A DNA stretch of 64,000 nt, from NCBI RefSeq assembly GCF_009914755.1, contig NC_060947.1. One strand, written 5' to 3'. The position numbers and the translations under genes are program-made. The first letter of the stretch is position 1. The number at the start of each line of letters is the position of its first letter. Source of the stretch: the human T2T-CHM13v2.0 reference genome, Homo sapiens. The notes under the pieces were generated by a model that searched no databases, had not been told where the DNA came from, and saw nothing but the letters and a program-made list of their open reading frames with translations. Below are positions 9,701 to 23,800 of the stretch, one piece after another.

Positions 9701-12700
9701 CCAAATATCCCCTTGCGGATCCCACAGAAAGAGTGTTTCGAAACTGCTGTTTCAAAAGGAATCTTCAACTCTGTGAGTTGAATGCAATCATCACAAAGAA
9801 GTTTCTGACAATGCTTCTCTCTCGTCTTTCTGTGAAGATAAAGGAAAAGGCTTTCAGGCCATTTCCACCACAGGCCTGAAAGCGCTCCAAATGTCCACTT
9901 GCAGATTCTGCCAAAAGAATATTTCAAAACTGCTCTATGAAAAGCAATGTTAAACTCTGCGGCTCGAACACAAACATCACAAAGCAGTTTCTGAGAATGC
10001 TTCAGTTTAGTTTTTCTGTGGAAATATTCCCGTTTCCAAAGAAATCTTCAAAGAGGTCCATGCATCCACTTACAGATTCTACAAAAAGACAGTTTCAAAA
10101 CTGCTCAATCAAAAGGAGGGTTCAACTGTGTGACTTGAATGCATTCATCACTCAGAAGTTTCTGAGAACGCTTCTCTTTAGTTTTTACGTGAACATATAC
10201 CCGTTTCGAACGAAGGCCAGCCAGTGGTCCAAATATCCACTTGCAGATTCTACAGAAAGAGTGTTTTGAACCTGAACTCTCAAAGGCAGGTTCATCTCTG
10301 CGAGTTAAATGCATTCATCATGAAGAACTTTCTCAGCGTGTTTGTGTTTAGTTATGGGAAATTATTCCCGTTTCCAACGAAATCCTCAGAGAGCTCCAAA
10401 TATCCACCTGCAGATTGTACCAAAAGTGTATTTGGAAACTGCTCCATGAAAAGGCATGTTCAGCTCTGTGAGTGAAACTCCGTCATCACAAAGAATATTC
10501 TGAGAATGCTTCCGTTTGCCTTTTATATGAAGTTCCTTCCTATACTACCGTAGGCCTCAAAGCAGTCCAAATCTCCATTTGCAGATTCTACAAAAAGAGT
10601 GATTCCAATCTGCTCTATCAATAGGATTGTTCAACTCCATGAGTTGAATGCCATCCTCACAAAGTAGTTTCTGAGAATGCTTCTATGTAGTTTTTATGTG
10701 AAGATATTTCCTTTTCCACCACAGGCCTCAAAGCCCTCCAAACGTCCACTTGCAGATTCTCGAAAAAGAGTGTTTCATAGCTGCTCTTTCAAAAGGAAAG
10801 TTCAACTCTGGGAGTTGAATACAAACATCACAAAGTAGTTTCCGAGAATGCTTCTGTTTAGTTCTTATGTGAAGATGATCCCGTTTCCAGTGAAATCTTC
10901 AAAGAGGTCCACATATCCCCTTGCAGATTCCAAAGAAAGAGGGTTTCAAAACTGCTCCATCAAAAGGATTGTTCAACTCTGTGAGTTGAATGCAGTCATC
11001 GCAGAAAACTTTCTGAGGATGCTTCTGTCTAGGTTTGATGTGAAGATATAGACGTTTCAAACGAAGGCTACAATGTGGTCAAAATATACACTTGCAGATT
11101 CTACTACAAGGGTGTTGCAAACCTCAACTATCAAAGGAAGGTTCAACTCTGTGAGATGAATGCAAACATCACAAAGAATGTTCTGAGTTTGCTTCCGTTC
11201 AGTTATGGGAAGTTGATCCCGTTTCCAACGAAATCCTCAGAGAGGTCCAAATATCCCCTTGCAGATTCTACAAAACGTGTGTTTGGAAACTGCTCCATCA
11301 TAACGAATGTTCAGCTCTCTGAGTTAAACTCCATCGTCACAAAGAATTTTCTGAGAGTGCTACCGTCTACTTTTTATATGAAGTTCTTTCCTTTACTACC
11401 ACAGGCCTCAAAGCGGTCCAAATCTCCACTTGCAGATTCTACAAAAAGAGTGTTTGCAAATTGCTCTATCAAAAGGAATGTTCAACTCTGGGAGTTGAAT
11501 GCAATCATCACAGAGCAGTTTCTGAGAATGCTTCTATGTCGTTTTTAGGAGAAGATATTTCCTTTTCCAACACAGTCCTCCAAGCCCGCTAAATATCCAC
11601 TTGCACATTGTAGAAAAAGTGTGTCGAAGCTGCGCTATCAAAGGGAAAGTTCAACTCTGTGAGGTGAATGCAAACATCCCAAAGAAGTTTCTGAGAATGC
11701 TTCCGTTTAGCTTTAAGTGAAGATTATCCCGTTTCCAACGAAATCTTCAAAGAGGTCCAAATATCCCCTTGCGGATCCCACAGAAAGAGTGTTTCGAAAC
11801 TGCTGTTTCAAAAGGAATCTTCAACTCTGTGAGTTGAATGCAATCATCACAAAGAAGTTTCTGACAATTCTTCTCTCTCGTCTTTCTGTGAAGATAAAGG
11901 AAAAGGCTTTCAGGCCATTTCCACCACAGGCCTGAAAGCGCTCCAAATGTCCACTTGCAGATTCTGCCAAAAGAATATTTCAAAACTGCTCTATGAAAAG
12001 CAATGTTAAACTCTGCGGCTCGAACACAAACATCACAAAGCAGTTTCTGAGAATGCTTCAGTTTAGTTTTTCTGTGGAAATATTCCCGTTTCCAAAGAAA
12101 TCTTCAAAGAGGTCCACGCATCCACTTACAGATTCTACAAAAAGACAGTTTCAAAACTGCTCAATCAAAAGGAGGGTTCAACTGTGTGACTTGAATGCAT
12201 TCATCACTCAGAAGTTTCTGAGAACGCTTCTCTTTAGTTTTTACGTGAACATATACCCGTTTCGAACGAAGGCCAGCCAGTGGTCCAAATATCCACTTGC
12301 AGATTCTACAGAAAGAGTGTTTTGAACCTGAACTCTCAAAGGCAGGTTCATCTCTGCGAGTTAAATGCATTCATCATGAAGAACTTTCTCAGCGTGTTTG
12401 TGTTTAGTTATGGGAAATTATTCCCGTTTCCAACGAAATCCTCAGAGAGCTCCTAATATCCACCTGCAGATTCTACCAAAAGTGTATTTGGAAACTGCTC
12501 CATGAAAAGGCATGTTCAGCTCTGTGAGTGAAACTCCGTCATCACAAAGAATATTCTGAGAATGCTTCCGTTTGCCTTTTATATGAAGTTCCTTCCTATA
12601 CTACCGTAGGCCTCAAAGCAGTCCAAATCTCCATTTGCAGATTCTACAAAAAGAGTGATTCCAATCTGCTCTATCAATAGGATTGTTCAACTCCATGAGT

Positions 12701-13211
12701 TGAATGCCATCCTCACAAAGTAGTTTCTGAGAATGCTTCTATGTAGTTTTTATGTGAAGATATTTCCTTTTCCACCACAGGCCTCAAAGCCCTCCAAACG
12801 TCCACTTGCAGATTCTCGAAAAAGAGTGTTTCATAGCTGCTCTTTCAAAAGGAAAGTTCAACTCTGGGAGTTGAATACAAACATCACAAAGTAGTTTCCG
12901 AGAATGCTTCTGTTTAGTTCTTATGTGAAGATGATCCCGTTTCCAGTGAAATCTTCAAAGAGGTCCACATATCCCCTTGCAGATTCCAAAGAAAGAGGGT
13001 TTCAAAACTGCTCCATCAAAAGGATTGTTCAAATCTGTGAGTTGAATGCAGTCATCGCAGAAAACTTTCTGAGAATGCTTCTGTCTAGGTTTGATGTGAA
13101 GATATAGACGTTTCAAACGAAGGCTACAAAGTGGTCAAAATATACACTTGCAGATTCTACTACAAGGGTGATGCAAACCTCAACTATCAAAGGAAGGTTC
13201 AACTCTGTGAG

Positions 13212-16200
13212 TTGAATACAAACATCACAAAGAATGTTCTGAGTTTGCTTCCGTTCAGTTATGGGAAGTTGATCCCGTTTCCAACGAAATCCTCAGAGAG
13301 GTCCTAATATCCCCTTGCAGATTCTACAAAACGTGTGTTTGGAAACTGCTCCATCATAACGAATGTTCAGCTCTCTGAGTTAAACTCCATCGTCACAAAG
13401 AATTTTCTGAGAGTGCTACCGTCTAGTTTTTATAGGAAGTTCTTTCCTTTACTACCACAGGCCTCAAAGCGGTCCAAATCTCCACTTGCAGATTCTACAA
13501 AAAGAGTGTTTGCAAACTGCTCTATCAAAAGGAATGTTCAACTCTGGGAGTTGAATGCAATCATCACAGAGCAGTTTCTGAGAATGCTTCTATGTCGTTT
13601 TTAGGAGAAGATATTTCCTTTTCCAACACAGTCCTCCAAGCCCGCTAAATATCCACTTGCACATTGTAGAAAAAGTGTGTCGAAGCTGCGCTATCAAAGG
13701 GAAAGTTCAACTCTGTGAGGTGAATGCAAACATCCCAAAGAAGTTTCTGAGAATGCTTCCGTTTTGCTTTTAGGTGACGATTATCCAGTTTCAAACGAAA
13801 CCTTCAAAGAGATCCTAATATCCCTTTGCGGATCCCACAGAAAGAGTGTTTCGAAACTGCTGTTTCAAAAGGAATCTTCAACTCTGTGAGTTGAATGCAA
13901 TCATCACAAAGAAGTTTCTGACAATGCTTCTCTCTCGTCTTTCTGTGAAGATAAAGGAAAAGGCTTTCAGGCCTTTTCCACCACAGGCCTGAAAGCGCTC
14001 CAAATGTCCACTTGCAGATTCTGCCAAAAGAATATTTCAAAACTGCTCTGTGAAAAGCAATGTTAACCTCTGTGACTCGAACACAAACATCACAAAGCAG
14101 TTTCTGAGAATGCTTCAGTTTAGTTTTTCTGTGGAAATATTCCCGTTTCCAAAGAAATCTTCAAAGAGGTCCACGCATCCACTTACAGATTCTACAAAAA
14201 GACAGTTTCAAAACTGCTCAATCAAAAGGAGGGTTCAACTGTGTGACTTGAATGCAATCATCACTCAGAAGTTTCTGAGAACGCTTCTCTTTAGTTTTTA
14301 CGTGAACATATACCCGTTTGGAATGAAGGCCAGCCAGTGGTCCAAATATCCACTTGCAGATTCCACAGAAAGAGTGTTTCGAACCTGAACTCTCAAAGGC
14401 AGGTTCATCTCTGCGAGTTAAATGCATTCATCATGAAGAACTTTCTCAGCGTGTTTGTGTTTAGTTATGGGAAATTATTCCCGTTTCCAACGAAATCCTC
14501 AGAGAGCTCCAAATATCCACCTGCAGATTCTACCAAAAGTCTATTTGGAAACTGCTCCATCAAAAGGCATGTTCAGCTCTGTGAGTGAAACTCCATCATC
14601 ACAAAGAATATTCTGAGAATGCTTCCGTTTGCCTTTTATATGAAGTTCCTTCCTATACTACCGTAGGCCTCAAAGCAGTCCAAATCTCCATTTGCAGATT
14701 CTACAAAAAGAGTGATTCCAATCTGCTCTATCAATATGATTGTTCAACTCCATGAGTTGAATGCCATCCTCACAAAGTAGTTTCTGAGAATGCTTCTATG
14801 TAGTTTTTATGTGAAGATATTTCCTTTTCCACCACAGGCCTCAAAGCCCTCCAAACGTCCACTTGCAGATTCTCGAAAAAGAGTGTTTCATAGCTGCTCT
14901 TTCAAAAGGAAATTTCAACTGTGGGAGTTGAATACAAACATCACAAAGTAGTTTCCGAGAATGCTTCTGTTTAGTTCTTATGTGAAGATGATCCCGTTTC
15001 CAGTGAAATCTTCAAAGAGGTCCACATATCCCCTTGCAGATTCCAAAGAAAGAGGGTTTCAAAACTGCTCCATCAAAAGGATTGTTCAACTCTGTGAGTT
15101 GAATGCAGTCATCGCAGAAAACTTTCTGAGAATGCTTCTGTCTAGGTTTGATGTGAAGATATAGACGTTTCAAATGAAGGCTACAAAGTGTTCAAAATAT
15201 ACACTTGCAGATTCTACTACAAGGGTGATGCAAACCTCAACTATCAAAGGAAAGTTCAACTCTGTGAGTTGAATACAAACATCACAAAGAATGTTCTGAG
15301 TTTGCTTCCGTTCAGTTATGGGAAGTTGATCCCGTTTCCTACGAAATCCTCAGAGAGGTCCAAATATCCCCTTGCAGATTCTACAAAACGTGTGTTTGGA
15401 AACTGCTCCATCATAACGAATGTTCAGCTCTCTGAGTTGAACTCCATCGTCACAAAGAATTTTCTGAGAGTGCTACCGTCTACTTTTTATATGAAGTTCT
15501 TTCCTTTACTACCACAGGCCTCAAAGCGGTCCAAATCTCCACTTGCAGATTCTACAAAAAGAGTGTTTGCAAACTGCTCTATCAAAAGGAATGTTCAACT
15601 CTGGGAGTTGAATGCAATCATCACAGAGCAGTTTCTGAGAATGCTTCTATGTCGTTTTTAGGAGAAGATATTTCCTTTTCCAACACAGTCCTCCAAGCCC
15701 GCTAAATATCCACTTGCACATTGTAGAAAAAGTGTGTCGAAGCTGCGCTATCAAAGGGAAAGTTCAACTCTGTGAGGTGAATGCAAACATCCCAAAGAAG
15801 TTTCTGAGAATGCTTCCGTTTAGCTTTTAGGTGACGATTATCCAGTTTCCAACGAAACCTTCAAAGAGATCCAAATATCCCCTTGCGGATCCCACAGAAA
15901 GAGTGTTTCGAAACTGCTGTTTCAAAAGGAATCTTCAACTCTGTGAGTTGAATGCAATCATCACAAAGAAGTTTCTGACAATGCTTCTCTCTCGTCTTTC
16001 TGTGAAGATAAAGGAAAAGGCTTTCAGGCCTTTTCCACCACAGGCCTGAAAGCGCTCCAAATGTCCACTTGCAGATTCTGCCAAAAGAATATTTCAAAAC
16101 TGCTCTATGAAAAGCAATGTTAAACTCTGTGACTCGAACACAAACATCACAAAGCAGTTTCTGAGAATGCTTCAGTTTAGTTTTTCTGTGGAAATATTCC

Positions 16201-17884
16201 CGTTTCCAAAGAAATCTTCAAAGAGGTCCACGCATCCACTTACAGATTCTACAAAAAGACAGTTTCAAAACTGCTCAATCAAAAGGAGGGTTCAACTGTG
16301 TGACTTGAATGCAATCATCACTCAGAAGTTTCTGAGAACGCTTCTCTTTAGTTTTTACGTGAACATATACCCGTTTGGAATGAAGGCCAGCCAGTGGTCC
16401 AAATATCCACTTGAAGATTCCACAGAAAGAGTGTTTCGAACCTGAACTCTCAAAGGCAGGTTCATCTCTGCGAGTTAAATGCATTCATCATGAAGAACTT
16501 TCTCAGCGTGTTTGTGTTTAGTTATGGGAAATTATTCCCGTTTCCAAGGAAATCCTCAGAGAGCTCCAAATATCCACCTGCAGATTGTACCAAAAGTGTA
16601 TTTGGAAACTGCTCCATCAACAGGAATGTTCAGCTCTGTGAGTGAAACTCCATCATCACAAAGAATATTCTGAGAATGCTTCCGTTTGCCTTTTATATGA
16701 AGTTCCTTCCTATACCACCGTAGGCCTCAAAGCAGTCCAAATCTCCATTTGCAGATTCTACAAAAAGAGTGATTCCAATCTGCTCTATCAATAGGACTGT
16801 TCAACTCCATGAGTTGAATGCCATCCTCACAAAGTCGTTTCTGAGAATGCTTCTATGTAGTTTTTATGTGAAGATATTTCCTTTTCCACCACAGGCCTCA
16901 AAGCCCTCCAAACGTCCACTTGCAGATTCTCGAAAAAGAGTGTTTCACAGCTGCTCTTTCAAAAGGAAAGTTCAACTCTGGGAGTTGAATACAAACATCA
17001 CAAAGTAGTTTCCGAGAATGCTTCTGTTTAGTTCTTATGTGAAGATGATCCCGTTTCCAGTGAAATCTTGAAAGAGGTCCACATATCCCCTTGCAGATTC
17101 CAAAGAAAGAGGGTTTCAAAACTGCTCCATCAAAAGGATTTTTCAACTCTGTGAGTTGAATGCAGTCATCGCAGAAAACTTTCTGAGAATGCTTCTGTTT
17201 AGGTTTGATGTGAAGATATAGACGTTTCAAACGAAGGCTACAAAGTGGTCAAAATATACACTTGCAGATTCTACTACAAGGGTGATGCAAACCTCAACTA
17301 TCAAAGGAAGGTTCAACTCTGTGAGTTGAATACAAACATCACAAAGAATGTTCTGAGTTTGCTTCCGTTCAGTTATGGGAAGTTGATCCCGTTTCCTACG
17401 AATTCCTCAGAGAGGTCCAAATATCCCCTTGCAGATTCTACAAAACGTGTGTTTGGAAACTGCTCCATCATAACGAATGTTCAGCTCTCTGAGTTAAACT
17501 CCATCGTCACAAAGAATTTTCTGAGAGTGCTACCGTCTAGTTTTTATATGAAGTTCTTTCCTTTACTACCACAGGCCTCAAAGCGGTCCAAATCTCCACT
17601 TGCAGATTCTACAAAAAGAGTGTTTGCAAACTGCTCTATCAAAAGGAATGTTCAACTCTGGGAGTTGAATGCAATCATCACAGAGCAGTTTCTGAGAATG
17701 CTTCTATGTCGTTTTTAGGAGAAGATATATCCTTTTCCAACACAGTCCTCCAAGCCCGCTATGTATCCACTTGCACATTGTAGAAAAAGTGTGTCGAAGC
17801 TGTGCTATCAAAGGGAAAGTTTAACTCTGTGAGGTGAATGCAAACATCCCAAAGAAGTTTCTGAGAATGCTTCCGTTTAGCTTT
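13212..17884 (-). repeat. Island of 2057-bp-class HORs inside the 2056-bp-class region
   Basis: Carries TTTTAGGTG, GGCCTTTTCC, GCAATCATCACTC, GTTTCGAACC, CCATCAA and GAGTTGAATAC alleles. The flanks carry TTTAAGTG, GGCCATTTCC, GCATTCATCACTC, GTTTTGAACC, CCATGAA and GAGATGAATGC. Boundaries are approximate. Confidence 0.8.
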
Positions 17885-20800
17885 AAGTGAAGATTATTCC
17901 GTTTCCAACGAAATCTTCAAAGAGGTCCAAATATCCCCTTGCGGATCCCACAGAAAGAGTGTTTCGAAACTGCTGTTTCAAAAGGAATCTTCAACTCTGT
18001 GAGTTGAATGCAATCATCACAAAGAAGTTTCTGACAATGCTTCTCTCTCGTCTTTCTGTGAAGATAAAGGAAAAGGCTTTCAGGCCATTTCCACCACAGG
18101 CCTGAAAGCGCTCCAAATGTCCACTTGCAGATTCTGCCAAAAGAATATTTCAAAACTGCTCTATGAAAAGCAATGTTAAACTCTGCGGCTCGAACACAAA
18201 CATCACAAAGCAGTTTCTGAGAATGCTTCAGTTTAGTTTTTCTGTGGAAATATTCCCGTTTCCAAAGAAATCTTCAAAGAGGTCCACGCATCCACTTACA
18301 GATTCTACAAAAAGACAGTTTCAAAACTGCTCAATCAAAAGGAGGGTTCAACTGTGTGACTTGAATGCATTCATCACTCAGAAGTTTCTGAGAACGCTTC
18401 TCTTTAGTTTTTACGTGAACATATACCCGTTTCGAATGAAGGCCAGCCAGTGGTCCAAATATCCACTTGCAGATTCTACAGAAAGAGTGTTTTGAACCTG
18501 AACTCTCAAAGGCAGGTTCATCTCTGCGAGTTAAATGCATTCATCATGAAGAACTTTCTCAGCGTGTTTGTGTTTAGTTATGGGAAATTATTCCCGTTTC
18601 CAACGAAATCCTCAGAGAGCTCCAAATATCCACCTGCAGATTGTACCAAAAGTGTATTTGGAAACTGCTCCATGAAAAGGCATGTTCAGCTCTGTGAGTG
18701 AAACTCCGTCATCACAAAGAATATTCTGAGAATGCTTCCATTTGCCTTTTATATGAAGTTCCTTCCTATACTACCGTAGGCCTCAAAGCAGTCCAAATCT
18801 CCATTTGCAGATTCTACAAAAAGAGTGATTCCAATCTGCTCTATCAATAGGATTGTTCAACTCCATGAGTTGAATGCCATCCTCACAAAGTCGTTTCTGA
18901 GAATGCTTCTATGTAGTTTTTATGTGAAGATATTTCCTTTTCCACCACAGGCCTCAAAGCCCTCCAAACGTCCACTTGCATATTCTCGAAAAAGAGTGTT
19001 TCATAGCTGCTCTTTCAAAAGGAAAGTTCAACTCTGGGAGGTGAATACAAACATCACAAAGTAGTTTCCGAGAATGCTTCTGTTTAGTTCTTATGTGAAG
19101 ATGATCCCGTTTCCAGTGAAATCTTCAAAGAGGTCCACATATCCCCTTGCAGATTCCAAAAAAAGAGGGTTTCAAAACTGCTCCATCAAAAGGATTGTTC
19201 AACTCTGTGAGTTGAATGCAGTCATCGCAGAAAACTTTCTGAGAATGCTTCTGTCTAGGTTTGATGTGAAGATATAGACGTTTCAAACGAAGGCTACAAA
19301 GTGGTCAAAATATACACTTGCAGATTCTACTACAAGGGTGATGCAAACCTCAACTATCAAAGGAAGGTTCAACTCTGTGAGATGAATGCAAACATCACAA
19401 AGAATGTTCTGAGTTTGCTTCCGTTCAGTTATGGGAAGTTGATCCCGTTTCCAACGAAATCCTCAGAGAGGTCCAAATATCCCCTTGCAGATTCTACAAA
19501 ACGTGTGTTTGGAAACTGCTCCATCATAACGAATGTTCAGCTCTCTGAGTTAAACTCCATCGTCACAAAGAATTTTCTGAGAGTGCTACCGTCTACTTTT
19601 TATATGAAGTTCTTTCCTTTACTACCACAGGCCTCAAAGCGGTCCAAATCTCCACTTGCAGATTCTACAAAAAGAGTGTTTGCAAACTGCTCTATCAAAA
19701 GGAATGTTCAACTCTGGGAGTTGAATGCAATCATCACAGAGCAGTTTCTGAGAATGCTTCTATGTCGTTTTTAGGAGAAGATATTTCCTTTTCCAACACA
19801 GTCCTCCAAGCCCGCTAAATATCCACTTGCACATTGTAGAAAAAGTGTGTCGAAGCTGCGCTATCAAAGGGAAAGTTCAACTCTGTGAGGTGAATGCAAA
19901 CATCCCAAAGAAGTTTCTGAGAATGCTTCCGTTTTGCTTTAAGTGAAGATTATCCCGTTTCCAACGAAATCTTCAAAGAGGTCCAAATATCCCCTTGCGG
20001 ATCCCACAGAAAGAGTGTTTCGAAACTGCTGTTTCAAAAGGAATCTTCAACTCTGTGAGTTGAATGCAATCATCACAAAGAAGTTTCTGACAATGCTTCT
20101 CTCTCGTCTTTCTGTGAAGATAAAGGAAAAGGCTTTCAGGCCATTTCCACCACAGGCCTGAAAGCGCTCCAAATGTCCACTTGCAGATTCTGCCAAAAGA
20201 ATATTTCAAAACTGCTCTATGAAAAGCAATGTTAAACTCTGCGGCTCGAACACAAACATCACAAAGCAGTTTCTGAGAATGCTTCAGTTTAGTTTTTCTG
20301 TGGAAATATTCCCGTTTCCAAAGAAATCTTCAAAGAGGTCCACGCATCCACTTACAGATTCTACAAAAAGACAGTTTCAAAACTGCTCAATCAAAAGGAG
20401 GGTTCAACTGTGTGACTTGAATGCATTCATCACTCAGAAGTTTCTGAGAACGCTTCTCTTTAGTTTTTACGTGAACATATACCCGTTTCGAACGAAGGCC
20501 AGCCAGTGGTCCAAATATCCACTTGCAGATTCTACAGAAAGAGTGTTTTGAACCTGAACTCTCAAAGGCAGGTTCATCTCTGCGAGTTAAATGCATTCAT
20601 CATGAAGAACTTTCTCAGCGTGTTTGTGTTTAGTTATGGGAAATTATTCCCGTTTCCAACGAAATCCTCAGAGAGCTCCAAATATCCACCTGCAGATTCT
20701 ACCAAAAGTGTATTTGGAAACTGCTCCATGAAAAGGCATGTTCAGCTCTGTGAGTGAAACTCCGTCATCACAAAGAATATTCTGAGAATGCTTCCGTTTG

Positions 20801-23800
20801 CCTTTTATATGAAGTTCCTTCCTATACTACCGTAGGCCTCAAAGCAGTCCAAATCTCCATTTGCAGATTCTACAAAAAGAGTGATTCCAATCTGCTCTAT
20901 CAATAGGATTGTTCAACTCCATGAGTTGAATGCCATCCTCACAAAGTAGTTTCTGAGAATGCTTCTATGTAGTTTTTAAGTGAAGATATTTCCTTTTCCA
21001 CCACAGGCCTCAAAGCCCTCCAAACGTCCACTTGCAGATTCCCGAAAAAGAGTGTTTCATAGCTGCTCTTTCAAAAGGAAAGTTCAACTCTGGGAGTTGA
21101 ATACAAACATCACAAAGTAGTTTCCGAGAATGCTTCTGTTTAGTTCTTATGTGAAGATGATCCCGTTTCCAGTGAAATCTTCAAAGAGGTCCACATATCC
21201 CCTTGCAGATTCCAAAGAAAGAGGGTTTCAAAACTGCTCCATCAAAAGGATTGTTCAACTCTGTGAGTTGAATGCAGTCATCGCAGAAAACTTTCTGAGA
21301 ATGCTTCTGTCTAGGTTTGATGTGAAGATATAGACGTTTCAAACGAAGGCTACAAAGTGGTCAAAATATACACTTGCAGATTCTACTACAAGGGTGTTGC
21401 AAACCTCAACTATCAAAGGAAGGTTCAACTCTGTGAGACGAATGCAAACATCACAAAGAATGTTCTGAGTTTGCTTCCGTTCAGTTATGGGAAGTTGATC
21501 CCGTTTCCAACGAAATCCTCAGAGAGGTCCAAATATCCCCTTGCAGATTCTACAAAACGTGTGTTTGGAAACTGCTCCATCATAACGAATGTTCAGCTCT
21601 CTGAGTTAAACTCCATCGTCACAAAGAATTTTCTGAGAGTGCTACCGTCTACTTTTTATATGAAGTTCTTTGCTTTACTACCACAGGCCTCAAAGCGGTC
21701 CAAATCTCCACTTGCAGATTCTACAAAAAGAGTGTTTGCAAACTGCTCTATCAAAAGGAATGTTCAACTCTGGGAGTTGAATGCAATCATCACAGAGCAG
21801 TTTCTGAGAATGCTTCTATGTCGTTTTTAGGAGAAGATATTTCCTTTTCCAACACAGTCCTCCAAGCCCGCTAAATATCCACTTGCACATTGTAGAAAAA
21901 GTGTGTCGAAGCTGCGCTATCAAAGGGAAAGTTCAACTCTGTGAGGTGAATGCAAACATCCCAAAGAAGTTTCTGAGAATGCTTCCGTTTAGCTTTAAGT
22001 GAAGATTATCCCGTTTCCAACGAAATCTTCAAAGAGGTCCAAATATCCCCTTGCGGATCCCACAGAAAGAGTGTTTCGAAACTGCTGTTTCAAAAGGAAT
22101 CTTCAACTCTGTGAGTTGAATGCAATCATCACAAAGAAGTTTCTGACAATGCTTCTCTCTCGTCTTTCTGTGAAGATAAAGGAAAAGGCTTTCAGGCCAT
22201 TTCCACCACAGGCCTGAAAGCGCTCCAAATGTCCACTTGCAGATTCTGCCAAAAGAATATTTCAAAACTGCTCTATGAAAAGCAATGTTAAACTCTGCGG
22301 CTCGAACACAAACATCACAAAGCAGTTTCTGAGAATGCTTCAGTTTAGTTTTTCTGTGGAAATATTCCCGTTTCCAAAGAAATCTTCAAAGAGGTCCACG
22401 CATCCACTTACAGATTCTACAAAAAGACAGTTTCAAAACTGCTCAATCAAAAGGAGGGTTCAACTGTGTGACTTGAATGCATTCATCACTCAGAAGTTTC
22501 TGAGAACGCTTCTCTTTAGTTTTTACGTGAACATATACCCGTTTCGAACGAAGGCCAGCCAGTGGTCCAAATATCCACTTGCAGATTCTACAGAAAGAGT
22601 GTTTTGAACCTGAACTCTCAAAGGCAGGTTCATCTCTGCGAGTTAAATGCATTCATCATGAAGAACTTTCTCAGCGTGTTTGTGTTTAGTTATGGGAAAT
22701 TATTCCCGTTTCCAACGAAATCCTCAGAGAGCTCCAAATATCCACCTGCAGATTCTACCAAAAGTGTATTTGGAAACTGCTCCATGAAAAGGCATGTTCA
22801 GCTCTGTGAGTGAAACTCCGTCATCACAAAGAATATTCTGAGAATGCTTCAGTTTGCCTTTTATATGAAGTTCCCTCCTATACTACCGTAGGCCTCAAAG
22901 CAGTCCAAATCTCCATTTGCAGATTCTACAAAAAGAGTGATTCCAATCTGCTCTATCAATAGGATTGTTCAACTCCATGAGTTGAATGCCATCCTCACAA
23001 AGTAGTTTCTGAGAATGCTTCTATGTAGTTTTTATGTGAAGATATTTCCTTTTCCACCACAGGCCTCAAAGCCCTCCAAACGTCCACTTGCAGATTCTCG
23101 AAAAAGAGTGTTTCATAGCTGCTCTTTCAAAAGGAAAGTTCAACTCTGGGAGTTGAATACAAACATCACAAAGTAGTTTCCGAGAATGCTTCTGTTTAGT
23201 TCTTATGTGAAGATGATCCCGTTTCCAGTGAAATCTTCAAAGAGGTCCACATATCCCCTTGCAGATTCCAAAGAAAGAGGGTTTCAAAACTGCTCCATCA
23301 AAAGGATTGTTCAACTCTGTGAGTTGAATGCAGTCATCGCAGAAAACTTTCTGAGAATGCTTCTGTCTAGGTTTGAGGTGAAGATATAGACGTTTCAAAC
23401 GAAGGCTACAAAGTGGTCAACATATACACTTGCAGATTCTACTACAAGGGTGTTGCAAACCTCAACTATCAAAGGAAGGTTCAACTCTGTGAGATGAATG
23501 CAAACATCACAAAGAATGTTCTGAGTTTGCTTCCGTTCAGTTATGGGAAGTTGATCCCGTTTCCAACGAAATCCTCAGAGAGGTCCAAATATCCCCTTGC
23601 AGATTCTACAAAACGTGTGTTTGGAAACTGCTCCATCATAACGAATGTTCAGCTCTCTGAGTTAAACTCCATCGTCACAAAGAATTTTCTGAGGGTGCTA
23701 CCTTCTAGTTTTTATATGAAGTTCTTTCCTTTACTACCACAGGCCTCAAAGCGGTCCAAATCTCCACTTGCAGATTCTACAAAAAGAGTGTTTGCAAACT

